Shown: in pieces, positions 1-8,255 of the stretch
Layout: each line of letters starts with the position of its first letter
Position numbering within the stretch: the first letter of the stretch is position 1
Assembly: GCA_043803945.1 (NCBI GenBank)
Contig: JAZDJN010000087.1
Location: forward strand, 32,001 to 96,000
Length of the DNA stretch: 64,000 nucleotides
Reading direction: 5' to 3'
DNA from: a bacterium
GTDB taxonomy: Bacteria > Bacteroidota > Ignavibacteria > UBA10030
The notes under the pieces: model-generated
Told to the model about the DNA's origin: nothing
What the model saw: the letters and a program-made list of their open reading frames with translations, nothing else
Databases searched by the model: none
Position numbers and translations under genes: made by a program

Positions 1-887
1 TTGACGTTGAAGTTCAAGAAAAAGCTGAGTTTCCCGGGAAGTGTCGCACCAAAATGCGGTAGGAGGTAATTCGTCAATGGCTCCGGTCCGCCAAGGGAGA
101 ACTCATAAATATCGGTATTGAAATTGGAACGGTCATTCGTGTTGAACCCCAGGTGATCGCGTTTATGCTGAAGTGATCCGGTGTATTTATCGCTCCCCTC
201 GCGTGTCGTGAAACTTACGACACCAGAAGTCGCCTGGCCATACTCTGCATTGTATCCGCCCGTAATGACTTCGACTTCCTGCACTGCTCCAAGCGGGAGC
301 TGCAGCCCAAATCCGGTCCCAGCGAGCGGATCCTGGACCGAGATACCATCGACAAGAAAAGCAGTCTCATAAGCGCGACCTCCGCGTATGTGAAGCTGGT
401 CATCACTCTTCACAACACCTACCTGTAAGGCCACTGCATCTTCCACCGTCTGGATAGCAGCCGCCTGGAGATCCTCGTTCTTCACAGATCGTTTGCTGGA
501 GGTCTCCTCGATATTGAACATTGGTTTTTCACCGATGATGACCACTTCCTGTCCCAGTGAGAGAACCGTCTCTTCCAGCGGTGCATCGAGAATCGTTTCC
601 TGATCAGCGATGACCTTTACCACACCAAACTGCATGGTTTTATAGCCAAGCAATCGAACTTCAACTACATAGGTCCCCGCATTGACCTTCGGTACCAGAA
701 ATGATCCATCAAGTTTCGTTGCAGCACCATAGTAGGTACCTTTAACGATCACATTAGCACCGGCCAGGCCTTCCTTTGTAGCTTTATCATATACTTTGCC
801 ACGGATACTCCCCGCTTGCTGTGCATAGAGGGCCGGAAGCAGCAGCATCAAACTCAAAGAGATGATATGTGTGTAAGGGTTTCTCAT
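1..887 (-). CDS. TonB-dependent receptor, N-terminal part (runs off the window start)
   Basis: Not in the ORF track because it has no stop in the window. Manual translation from the ATG at 887 gives MRNPYTHIISLSLMLLLPALYAQQAGSIRGKVYDKATKEGLAGANVIVKGT...HIRGGRAYETAFLVDG...EVITGGYNAEYGQATSGVVSFTTREG: signal peptide, carboxypeptidase-regulatory-like domain and plug domain. Confidence 0.9.
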   Translation of the reverse strand, partial: MRNPYTHIISLSLMLLLPALYAQQAGSIRGKVYDKATKEGLAGANVIVKGTYYGAATKLDGSFLVPKVNAGTYVVEVRLLGYKTMQFGVVKVIADQETILDAPLEETVLSLGQEVVIIGEKPMFNIEETSSKRSVKNEDLQAAAIQTVEDAVALQVGVVKSDDQLHIRGGRAYETAFLVDGISVQDPLAGTGFGLQLPLGAVQEVEVITGGYNAEYGQATSGVVSFTTREGSDKYTGSLQHKRDHLGFNTNDRSNFNTDIYEFSLGGPEPLTNYLLPHFGATLPGKLSFFLNFNV

Positions 888-890
888 GAA

Positions 891-2633
891 TCAGAGTCCA
901 AATTCCTGCACGAAGACCTTCTGAAGAAATGCAGCAAGACCTTGTCCACCATTCGCTTTTCCATCGAGATAGTGCAACGGAAATCCAATAAAAATAAATC
1001 GTTTGTCATTGCGGACAACACCAACATTTGGTGTGCCGAGATAGGGACCAAGTGTGGTCGCCCGGGTATCCGGTTGCATGCGATAAATGTATTTTGAGTC
1101 GGCACGTTTGTAGACCGGCCGCACAAAGACCGAGAGAAGATTTCGCGGCTGCCCGGCAACTGTCAGTGAATCGACATTTAACACCGGGTAGAGATCAGCC
1201 GTCACACTTGAATCGGGATAAATCTTATAATTTTTTGGAACCCGTGTCGTTCCAGGCCACGGAATGGAGGAGGGGCCTGGCAGAGTAATTGCGCTGATAC
1301 TATCGAGAGGAGCAAAGTCTCTGAGTGCGCCTCCTGGATCGTTCGCCGACGCAAATTCTGTTGCGTAAAGCACTTTCCCGCCTAACGTTGAATAGTGAAA
1401 GAGAGAATATTGAGCGATCGTCAAACTCGGATATTGGTCGGTATACCAAAAAACGAAGTCGTACAATTTCAGTGTGTAGACAAACATTGGATTGAGCAAG
1501 GAAAGTGCAGGAACGAGAATTCCCGGTTTCCCAACCGGGCTGCCAGTCCGTATGTCAAGTTCATCAAAATTGCCTAGCTGGCCGCCAGCAAATTCAGAAA
1601 ATTTCTTTCTGTAAAACACCTTAACATCGGTTGAGTCATCTTTTTGATAATCACTGATCACCAGCAGCCGGCTCTTTGGCTTTTTCACATACCAACTCTT
1701 TACTGCTGATGGTTGAACCATTATCAGACTATTATCTCCGGCTACATCGCGTGCCTGCACGAAGAGTTTGTTTCCAGCATTAAGCTTTAATCCAGGTACT
1801 TGTCCTAAGTAATGAAGCGTGGGATAACTTCCGCTGTAAACATCTGCCGCAACTGCTACCGCAGCCCCATCACTACGAACACGCGGCACCATCAAGGTTA
1901 CGGTTGTCGCATTCTGAGGCAACGCTATCCAGCTCGCGGCCGAAGTTGTGTCGTTCAATGCAAGACGATAGGAGGCAATTGTTTCATCGCCATCGGGGTC
2001 GCTTCCCTGCCACGTTGCGGAGATTACGGTATATGTTGTATCAGGAGGGAGAATATATTGTGTAGGATTTGCTGGATCCCGTACCAAACTGATTGTTGGC
2101 GGACTATTCTTTATCGGGAATTTTTGTTTCGCCCCTTGCGGATCGAGTGCATTGCCTAAACCTGGCAAAGCTTGATCGCCGATATCGAAAATTCCGTTGC
2201 TATTCTTATCCCAATATGGCTGAGGGGAGATCCTCACAACTGCTCCACTCGGCAGATTCTCCAGGAAGGTGTTGTCGATTGCCCGGACTACAAAGAGGAA
2301 CGTTCCACTCGATTGACGCAATGGAAATTGCACCACAGAATCCATGACCGTTGTAAAACCATAGGTCAATGTATCCGGATTGGGAATCGATTGCAGGCCC
2401 GCACCAAAAGCCACCAGATAACCGATAACGTATCCATCCTTATCCTCTCCCCACCAACGCAACTGCTGTTTGCTGATACCTATGGATATCTCTCCATCCG
2501 GAAAGAGCCACAGGTAAGTCTTTGGCCGCTCGTTGATGATCGGAGCATCGGTTGACTCGTTCACGCAACCGGATTGAACGAGCAATATAGCCAGGAGAAA
2601 GATTAGGGCGATATGATGATTATTGATTTTCAC
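891..2633 (-). CDS. Uncharacterised lipoprotein (Ig/FN3-like segments) associated with the TonB-dependent receptor
   Basis: 580-aa ORF with a hydrophobic N-terminus ending QSG-C (lipobox), repeated W-G-D-D-G and VRAID/QARD motifs, and a DKNSNGIFD Ca-binding-like loop. Its stop lies 3 nt before the receptor ATG. Confidence 0.75.
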   Translation of the reverse strand: MKINNHHIALIFLLAILLVQSGCVNESTDAPIINERPKTYLWLFPDGEISIGISKQQLRWWGEDKDGYVIGYLVAFGAGLQSIPNPDTLTYGFTTVMDSVVQFPLRQSSGTFLFVVRAIDNTFLENLPSGAVVRISPQPYWDKNSNGIFDIGDQALPGLGNALDPQGAKQKFPIKNSPPTISLVRDPANPTQYILPPDTTYTVISATWQGSDPDGDETIASYRLALNDTTSAASWIALPQNATTVTLMVPRVRSDGAAVAVAADVYSGSYPTLHYLGQVPGLKLNAGNKLFVQARDVAGDNSLIMVQPSAVKSWYVKKPKSRLLVISDYQKDDSTDVKVFYRKKFSEFAGGQLGNFDELDIRTGSPVGKPGILVPALSLLNPMFVYTLKLYDFVFWYTDQYPSLTIAQYSLFHYSTLGGKVLYATEFASANDPGGALRDFAPLDSISAITLPGPSSIPWPGTTRVPKNYKIYPDSSVTADLYPVLNVDSLTVAGQPRNLLSVFVRPVYKRADSKYIYRMQPDTRATTLGPYLGTPNVGVVRNDKRFIFIGFPLHYLDGKANGGQGLAAFLQKVFVQEFGL

Positions 2634-2703
2634 AAACTAATTTCTGGATTGCATCCTCTATAGCCAATGATCATGCCTACTCAACTCTTAAGTCAGAGCT
2701 ATC

Positions 2704-2793
2704 GTCCTTCCCGCGTAAGCGGGAATCCAGTGCCTTATAAAAGCTCAATGACCCATTAAAAAGGCTCTGGACACTCGCTTTCGCGAGTGAGAC
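2704..2793. repeat. REP-like inverted doublet of two 27-bp hairpin units
   Basis: GTCCTTCCCGCGTAAGCGGGAATCCAG (2704-2730) and CTGGACACTCGCTTTCGCGAGTGAGAC (2767-2793) are in inverted orientation, and each is an internal hairpin. Confidence 0.7.
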
Positions 2794-2827
2794 ATTTTCC
2801 TTTATGCGGAAAACAGCCAGATTTCAT

Positions 2828-2874
2828 GTGTCACGGTATGCCCGCCCCGTGTTTTTTGCGGGGGACCGTGACAC
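2828..2874. repeat. 10-bp perfect inverted repeat enclosing a 24-bp palindromic mini-element; possible terminator or stabilising hairpin
   Basis: GTGTCACGGT (2828-2837) pairs with ACCGTGACAC (2865-2874). The loop contains GCCCGCCCCGTGTTTTTTGCGGGG. The hairpin lies downstream of the 2937-5159 gene. Confidence 0.55.
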
Positions 2875-2936
2875 CCCTGGTGTTCTTTTTTGTCACTCTC
2901 GAAGTATGCTACAACATTTTTTTTGTATACTACCTG

Positions 2937-5159
2937 TTATTTCAGCAGGATCATTCGTTTTGACAGCATCATCACATCGGAATGCAATTGATAAATGTAG
3001 ACACCACTTGGCAAACCTTGCGCCGCAAATCGGATGGAGAAGTGTCCGGCATTTTGAAATTGATTGACGAGAGTCTTTACTTCCTGGCCAAGCATGTTGA
3101 AGACCTTCAAAGCCACCTGGCTGCTCTTTGGCAGATTATACTCGATTGTCGTCGACGGATTAAACGGATTTGGATAATTCTGTTCCAGTGCAAAGACCTT
3201 AGGCCGGTACAGCTCGGGATTTTCCATTACATCCGTGGTCCGTGTGCCAAAATCGCTGTTCCCGCGAGGGACAATCTTATAGCGGCTGAAAGCAAACCAA
3301 ACCACACCCTGGACGTAACTAAATTTATCGCCGACCTTGATTATTGTTTTTCCAAGACTTTCATCACCGGCAATATTCGAATACATATTCTTCCCGTCGA
3401 TTCGAATGAGAACATCACCCGATCCATCGGATACAGCGTATTCCTTCTGATCTGCAAAGGTGGGATAGATATCGGTGACAGTCACATTATTGAACCTGAC
3501 GAGCATCCCCTCCCACTTTTCTGCTACGGGATTTCCGTTCCCGATTCCCACTGAGAAATTTCCCGTCTGTACCACGACTGGTGATGGTACAGTTTTGCTC
3601 GATCCCAAAATAACGGCAGCGGTAACACCACCGATGTTCGTTACATCATTCGTCTCGAGCACAGTTCCTGTTACACTGATGCTATCACCCTTCTTGAATC
3701 CCCGCAGAAGTGCATCTATCCCTGTAATCCACATACCGCTCCATGGCTGGTTGGAATTCTGGATATACCAGGGTGTCGCACCTGCGGCATTCAAATCGAT
3801 ATCGCTTGTATCTGCAGAAACAATGCCGGTAACGGTTGTTACGGCACCGAGATAACCTGTTCTGCCATTAGTGAACGGAGTTGTCTGGATGTCTGTCACA
3901 CTCAACGGTCGGTTCAGCACGGTATAGAAAAACATACCTTTACCCGTATCTGACGAGGCCGAACCAAATGCCGAACTTGCATAGGTTGAATAGCTGCCCG
4001 CTGTGTCGTAGGCTTGTATGAAGTATTTAATAAACGTATTGGCTGGCTGCGGAGGAATTGCACCAACGTATGTTGAATCTACCGGATTGTATTTCATGCT
4101 GTCTGCAGTAAATGAACCATTGTTGAAACTCTTCTTCAGCAGAACAGCGGCAATCTTTCCTGACGCTCCGGTTTGGATGAATGCACGCACCGAGACTTTT
4201 GCCGTATCAGTTGGATCGACCACCACATTCGTTCTCCGGTGTGTTGAAATACCAGGGAGGAATTTGCCGTAAACAAGATCACCACGAAAGAGAGGAGCGA
4301 TGCGATACCCACGAACAGTTTCAGAACCCGAATTGGTCATGATGTAACCGCGAATGGTGTCTATTTTCTGAAAGACGGCAGGAGCTGCGTACATTGAGGT
4401 TGGATCTTTGTATGTCCGGAGTGTGAACCATTTTGACGCATCCATCATTGCCACCTCGTTCCCATAGGCATCGACCATGCTGAATGTCCCATTTAATGAA
4501 TTAACAATGGAGGTGACAGTAAGATTTGTGAATTCAACGCACGCCCCTTCGTATTGCTCACCCGTTGACCACATGATCGAACCTCCGGGATAGATACCCT
4601 TATAGAATGTCCCCAAATCGAGTGGAACAGGTTTGGCGATGGGACGGCCTTCATCGAGAAGCTGCAGTCCACCAATTGGGACAAATTGTGTATAGCTTAC
4701 TATTTGTGAGGCAGGATATTCATCAACGTATCCACGAATTCGGATAATGTCTCCGACTTTCAATCCCAGGAATCCAGTGTTATACAGTCCAACCGTATCT
4801 GCCAAATTCCCCACTCGACACATAATATTTGTCCAGATGCTGTTGCCGGCGTTCGCCGAAGTATCACGGAGTATGAGGGTATTGCCGCTGCCTGTAAAAG
4901 CAATGACTTTTGGCGGCACAATTACTTGACCAACCACCTCAACAGTCTCCCGCACAGCGGCATGGGTTGGATTATGAAATTTGGATGTTTGAAGCGACCA
5001 TTTCAACTGATTAGAGTTCTGCAGTTGATCGCAGAGCAAAAGAGAGTCGAGGGATACTGCTTGCATATCTTTAATGGTAACAAGCCGGTATTTTGTTTGT
5101 GCAAGTCCAATACTGATACCAATTGAAAGTAGTATGAGAAATAGTCCGAATCGCTTCAT
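2937..5159 (-). CDS. Secreted T9SS type A sorting-domain protein with repeated OB-fold-like modules
   Basis: Signal peptide; C-terminal FALEQNYPNPFNPSTT...LPSGVYIYQL...KRMILLK; repeated motifs TIKDMQ/SVTDIQ, VGDIIRIRGYVDE/KGDSISVTGTVLE and EQYEGACVEF/EKWEGMLVRF. Confidence 0.85.
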   Translation of the reverse strand: MKRFGLFLILLSIGISIGLAQTKYRLVTIKDMQAVSLDSLLLCDQLQNSNQLKWSLQTSKFHNPTHAAVRETVEVVGQVIVPPKVIAFTGSGNTLILRDTSANAGNSIWTNIMCRVGNLADTVGLYNTGFLGLKVGDIIRIRGYVDEYPASQIVSYTQFVPIGGLQLLDEGRPIAKPVPLDLGTFYKGIYPGGSIMWSTGEQYEGACVEFTNLTVTSIVNSLNGTFSMVDAYGNEVAMMDASKWFTLRTYKDPTSMYAAPAVFQKIDTIRGYIMTNSGSETVRGYRIAPLFRGDLVYGKFLPGISTHRRTNVVVDPTDTAKVSVRAFIQTGASGKIAAVLLKKSFNNGSFTADSMKYNPVDSTYVGAIPPQPANTFIKYFIQAYDTAGSYSTYASSAFGSASSDTGKGMFFYTVLNRPLSVTDIQTTPFTNGRTGYLGAVTTVTGIVSADTSDIDLNAAGATPWYIQNSNQPWSGMWITGIDALLRGFKKGDSISVTGTVLETNDVTNIGGVTAAVILGSSKTVPSPVVVQTGNFSVGIGNGNPVAEKWEGMLVRFNNVTVTDIYPTFADQKEYAVSDGSGDVLIRIDGKNMYSNIAGDESLGKTIIKVGDKFSYVQGVVWFAFSRYKIVPRGNSDFGTRTTDVMENPELYRPKVFALEQNYPNPFNPSTTIEYNLPKSSQVALKVFNMLGQEVKTLVNQFQNAGHFSIRFAAQGLPSGVYIYQLHSDVMMLSKRMILLK

Positions 5160-5222
5160 GATATCCTCCAGATTGTATATTGGTTGTGGTTACAAAACTT
5201 TGTCAGCACGAAATCAAAGAAA

Positions 5223-5317
5223 ACCACTGCTGGCACACTGATTATCACGGATGAAAATACCTTATGTGATCTCAGATTCAAAAATAAATATAATCACGTC
5301 GGTGTGCCATCCGTGGT
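5223..5317. repeat. Intergenic imperfect inverted repeat (ACCAC...GTGGT family)
   Basis: ACCACTGCTGGCACACTGA (5223-5241) and TCGGTGTGCCATCCGTGGT (5299-5317) are 16/19 complementary around an AT-rich spacer. Confidence 0.6.
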
Positions 5318-5338
5318 AGACTTAGTACTTAATAGTCT

Positions 5339-7468
5339 TTATTTGATAACAGCAAATTTTCCTGTTTTGATCGTTCCTGTATCTTTATCTTTGACGACAA
5401 AGAGATAGAGTCCGGTAGAAATTGCCTGATCATACTTGGAAATCAAATCCCAGGCATGCTCTCCTCCCGAGAATTTCGCTGTCGTAGTACGATCGCCATA
5501 TTTCTGGAACCACTCGATGTCATCTCCCCGATAGGTCGACGCTTCGTGGTCTATTTCAGCAACAATATCTCCCGCGAGCGTAAAGATTGTGATGGTAGCG
5601 CGGGCAGGCAGATTGGCAAAATAGATTTTCCGGGTTCGCTCCCCTCCGCCATCCCACACTGCGCGAACATAGTAAGGATTTGGGTAGACCTTGATTTCCA
5701 CACCAGCATCGGAAGTTGGTGTTGTACCGGGAATCACCCGCTCTGTGGTCTTTGCGCTTTCCAAGCTTGTAAGGTTATTCGCGGGATCTCCCCGATCGAA
5801 CGCCGATATTCCATAGACATACTGCCAGCCATTCAGATGAGTAACGCCGCTGTTGGCAGGTGGAAACCGATACCAATACTTATTGGTGTCTCCGGGAAAT
5901 GTCTTTGGCGTCGGTAAAACAATTTGCGAAAAGCCGGTGTTATAGCCTACATCATCATCGCTGCGGTCAAACTCTCCTACGAGTGAAAGATTCAGTAAAA
6001 GATTCTCGTTGGAAATAAAATCCGCACCCGGAGTGGAGCGATAAATGCGATATCCTTCAAAATCCTTCCTCTTACTGATCGGGTCAATCGATTCTTCTGC
6101 AGAATTTTTATCCCAAAAGAGTACGACGTTTTGGTTATCGACAACAGTACGCACTTTGGGTTGACGAGGGGGTGCTGGCAGTACGTAACGGTTTAAAATT
6201 CCATCGCCATTGAGATCTTCACCAGCATCAAGGTTATTGTTCCCATTCAGGTCTTCACCGTTGTATGTTTGCTTTGCCCAGTTCCAATACTCAAGAAGGT
6301 TACCCCGTTGTTCCGGTTTATCAAACTGCTCCAGATCTGTACCTTTTTTCTTTGCACAGACAACAGCAAAGACAATTGAAACTGAATCACCCGGGTTTAA
6401 TGTCGAAAAGGGTCCCGTGGAAAGCATGGTTGTGTAATTTCCCGGAGCCGCCCGTAATGGAGCGATCAAATTGGGAGGAAGCGATTGTGCAAGCCGGCCA
6501 TAGCGACTCGTGAAGGGATCACTCGATTTATAATCGGCATCCGGAGAAAAATATGCCTGGACACCCGAGCTTCCGCGGAAACGCCATGCGTTATAGTAAC
6601 TTCGCCGATAGAGATCAGCCAACGAATCGACACCGCTGGGGAATGGTGTTGTACCGAGCAATGATATCCCGATATAGCTGTCCGCAGGAAAGCTCCCCGG
6701 TGTTGCCTGGTACTCGAAGGTATACATCATACGGGAAAGGGAATCATATCCATTTCCGCCATAGTCAAAGTATCCAGTTGTGCCAGGGCGTACGTAATTG
6801 GTATTGCGGACAACGCCGTTGGCCCAGAGACCAAGGTAGAGCGAGTCGAGTGTATCGGCGGTAGCATTCTTTATCGTGTAACTGACAATGACAAAATACT
6901 CAGCGAAAGGGAAATTCCAGGCGTAAGATTCCTGATGAATATCGATTCCCAGAGGATGATGATTGAAGAGGGAATCCCCGGTTGAAGGATTTCGGGTGAA
7001 CCGGTCTGTAAAGTCAGAAATAAAATCGAGATGGCTGATAGCCTGCTCGCTGAAATAACGTGAATCGGAGAGGCTCGAACGAATCAACACTTTGGATCCA
7101 AGTTCTGTTGTAAACTCATATGGGTCAGTAAGCACACCCCCAGAGGTGCTGCCAAATCGATCGGTCACTGCGCTTGTGACAAATATTTCATTTGATTTTC
7201 TCGAACGGGCACCCACCCACAATCCACCCTGATAGAGGTGTTCAATGCGCGAGCCTTTCGGGTATTCACATGAGGGTTGATTTGGCCAATAGCGATTGCG
7301 TGTACCGATGGTGCCAAAATTGGAAATGGTAAGTGCAATATTACCGATATCAGTGAACCGGGTATCGTCGTCGTCGAAAGTTTTTTTAAGCTGCTGTGCC
7401 CTGGTAGTAGTGAATCCAACCAGGAGGACGAGAACTATCCTATGCCATTTTCTGCTAATGACAGCCAT
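5339..7468 (-). CDS. Secreted hypothetical protein with FN3-like region and T9SS-like C-terminal domain
   Basis: 709 aa; signal peptide; DFEGYRIYRS; EDLNGNNNLDAGEDLNGDG Ca-binding-like repeat; IKVYPNPY...ITIFTLAGDIV...ISTGLYLFVV...GKFAVIK C-terminus. Confidence 0.8.
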   Translation of the reverse strand: MAVISRKWHRIVLVLLVGFTTTRAQQLKKTFDDDDTRFTDIGNIALTISNFGTIGTRNRYWPNQPSCEYPKGSRIEHLYQGGLWVGARSRKSNEIFVTSAVTDRFGSTSGGVLTDPYEFTTELGSKVLIRSSLSDSRYFSEQAISHLDFISDFTDRFTRNPSTGDSLFNHHPLGIDIHQESYAWNFPFAEYFVIVSYTIKNATADTLDSLYLGLWANGVVRNTNYVRPGTTGYFDYGGNGYDSLSRMMYTFEYQATPGSFPADSYIGISLLGTTPFPSGVDSLADLYRRSYYNAWRFRGSSGVQAYFSPDADYKSSDPFTSRYGRLAQSLPPNLIAPLRAAPGNYTTMLSTGPFSTLNPGDSVSIVFAVVCAKKKGTDLEQFDKPEQRGNLLEYWNWAKQTYNGEDLNGNNNLDAGEDLNGDGILNRYVLPAPPRQPKVRTVVDNQNVVLFWDKNSAEESIDPISKRKDFEGYRIYRSTPGADFISNENLLLNLSLVGEFDRSDDDVGYNTGFSQIVLPTPKTFPGDTNKYWYRFPPANSGVTHLNGWQYVYGISAFDRGDPANNLTSLESAKTTERVIPGTTPTSDAGVEIKVYPNPYYVRAVWDGGGERTRKIYFANLPARATITIFTLAGDIVAEIDHEASTYRGDDIEWFQKYGDRTTTAKFSGGEHAWDLISKYDQAISTGLYLFVVKDKDTGTIKTGKFAVIK

Positions 7469-7583
7469 GAAGAATCAAAATTTGTGGAATATCGCCTTTG
7501 TGTAAATGGTTGGAAAATCTGGTCATTTTTCCAGAGAGATGCAAACGAGGAAGTAAATATTTTAAGCGCCTCAATGGAAAATG

Positions 7584-7745
7584 AACCGCCAAGTTCGCCA
7601 AGCACGCTAAAGTTATTTCAGAGTGTTTGTGCAGGTAATCTCTCTCCAAATACAAAAAACATCTTTGCGTCTCTCGCAACCTCTGTGTTGGATTCACTCT
7701 CTATTCACTCAGTGTGCTTTTTGGCGCAATGGCGTTTTGGCGTTT
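7584..7745. repeat. Short-period (8-9 bp) CGCCAAG/TTGGCG repeat arms in inverted orientation
   Basis: AACCGCCAAGTTCGCCAAGCACGCTAAAG (7584-7612) and TTTTGGCGCAATGGCGTTTTGGCGTTT (about 7719-7745), plus a degenerate arm at 7663-7689. Confidence 0.5.
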
Positions 7746-7772
7746 ATCTTTGATTACACGAGGAGGGTGAAC

Positions 7773-8186
7773 TTATCCTTTTTCTTTTCGCTCGTCGAAT
7801 TTCTTAAGGATGGCATTAACGTGAAGGTTCACTTTTTCTTTGGCTTCGTCTGAGATGCCGCCGTATCCTTTCATTTTCTCTGCTTTGCTATCAACAAGAA
7901 TCATCCAGAGGTGCGCAAGCTTCGATTCGATGATATGCCGCTCATCCATTACGGACTGCTCAAGATGCAATTCCTTGAACATGATCGCATTGAGATGCAG
8001 TAGCTCACGGACAAATTTCAGCAGAGATTCACGCTCAGCCGATGTATAACTTTGATGAACTATCTTTGTGATGTTTTTTGTCGCCGGTTGTTCCAGCAGA
8101 AGCTCGATTTCATGAAGTGACTGCTCTGCCCGCTGAGCTGTCTTTGAAAGACTCCTGCGATAGTTATCAGGAATTTTGTGTTCCAT
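7773..8186 (-). CDS. Hypothetical all-helical protein
   Basis: 137-aa ORF with an ATG start, amphipathic helical pattern and an LW-IL-DSKAEKMKGYG motif. Confidence 0.7.
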   Translation of the reverse strand: MEHKIPDNYRRSLSKTAQRAEQSLHEIELLLEQPATKNITKIVHQSYTSAERESLLKFVRELLHLNAIMFKELHLEQSVMDERHIIESKLAHLWMILVDSKAEKMKGYGGISDEAKEKVNLHVNAILKKFDERKEKG

Positions 8187-8255
8187 GAGACTTCAGAAAA
8201 ATGAATGAATAAATCAGTGATTTTTGGACCATCCGACCGGAGTTCTCCGCACAAA

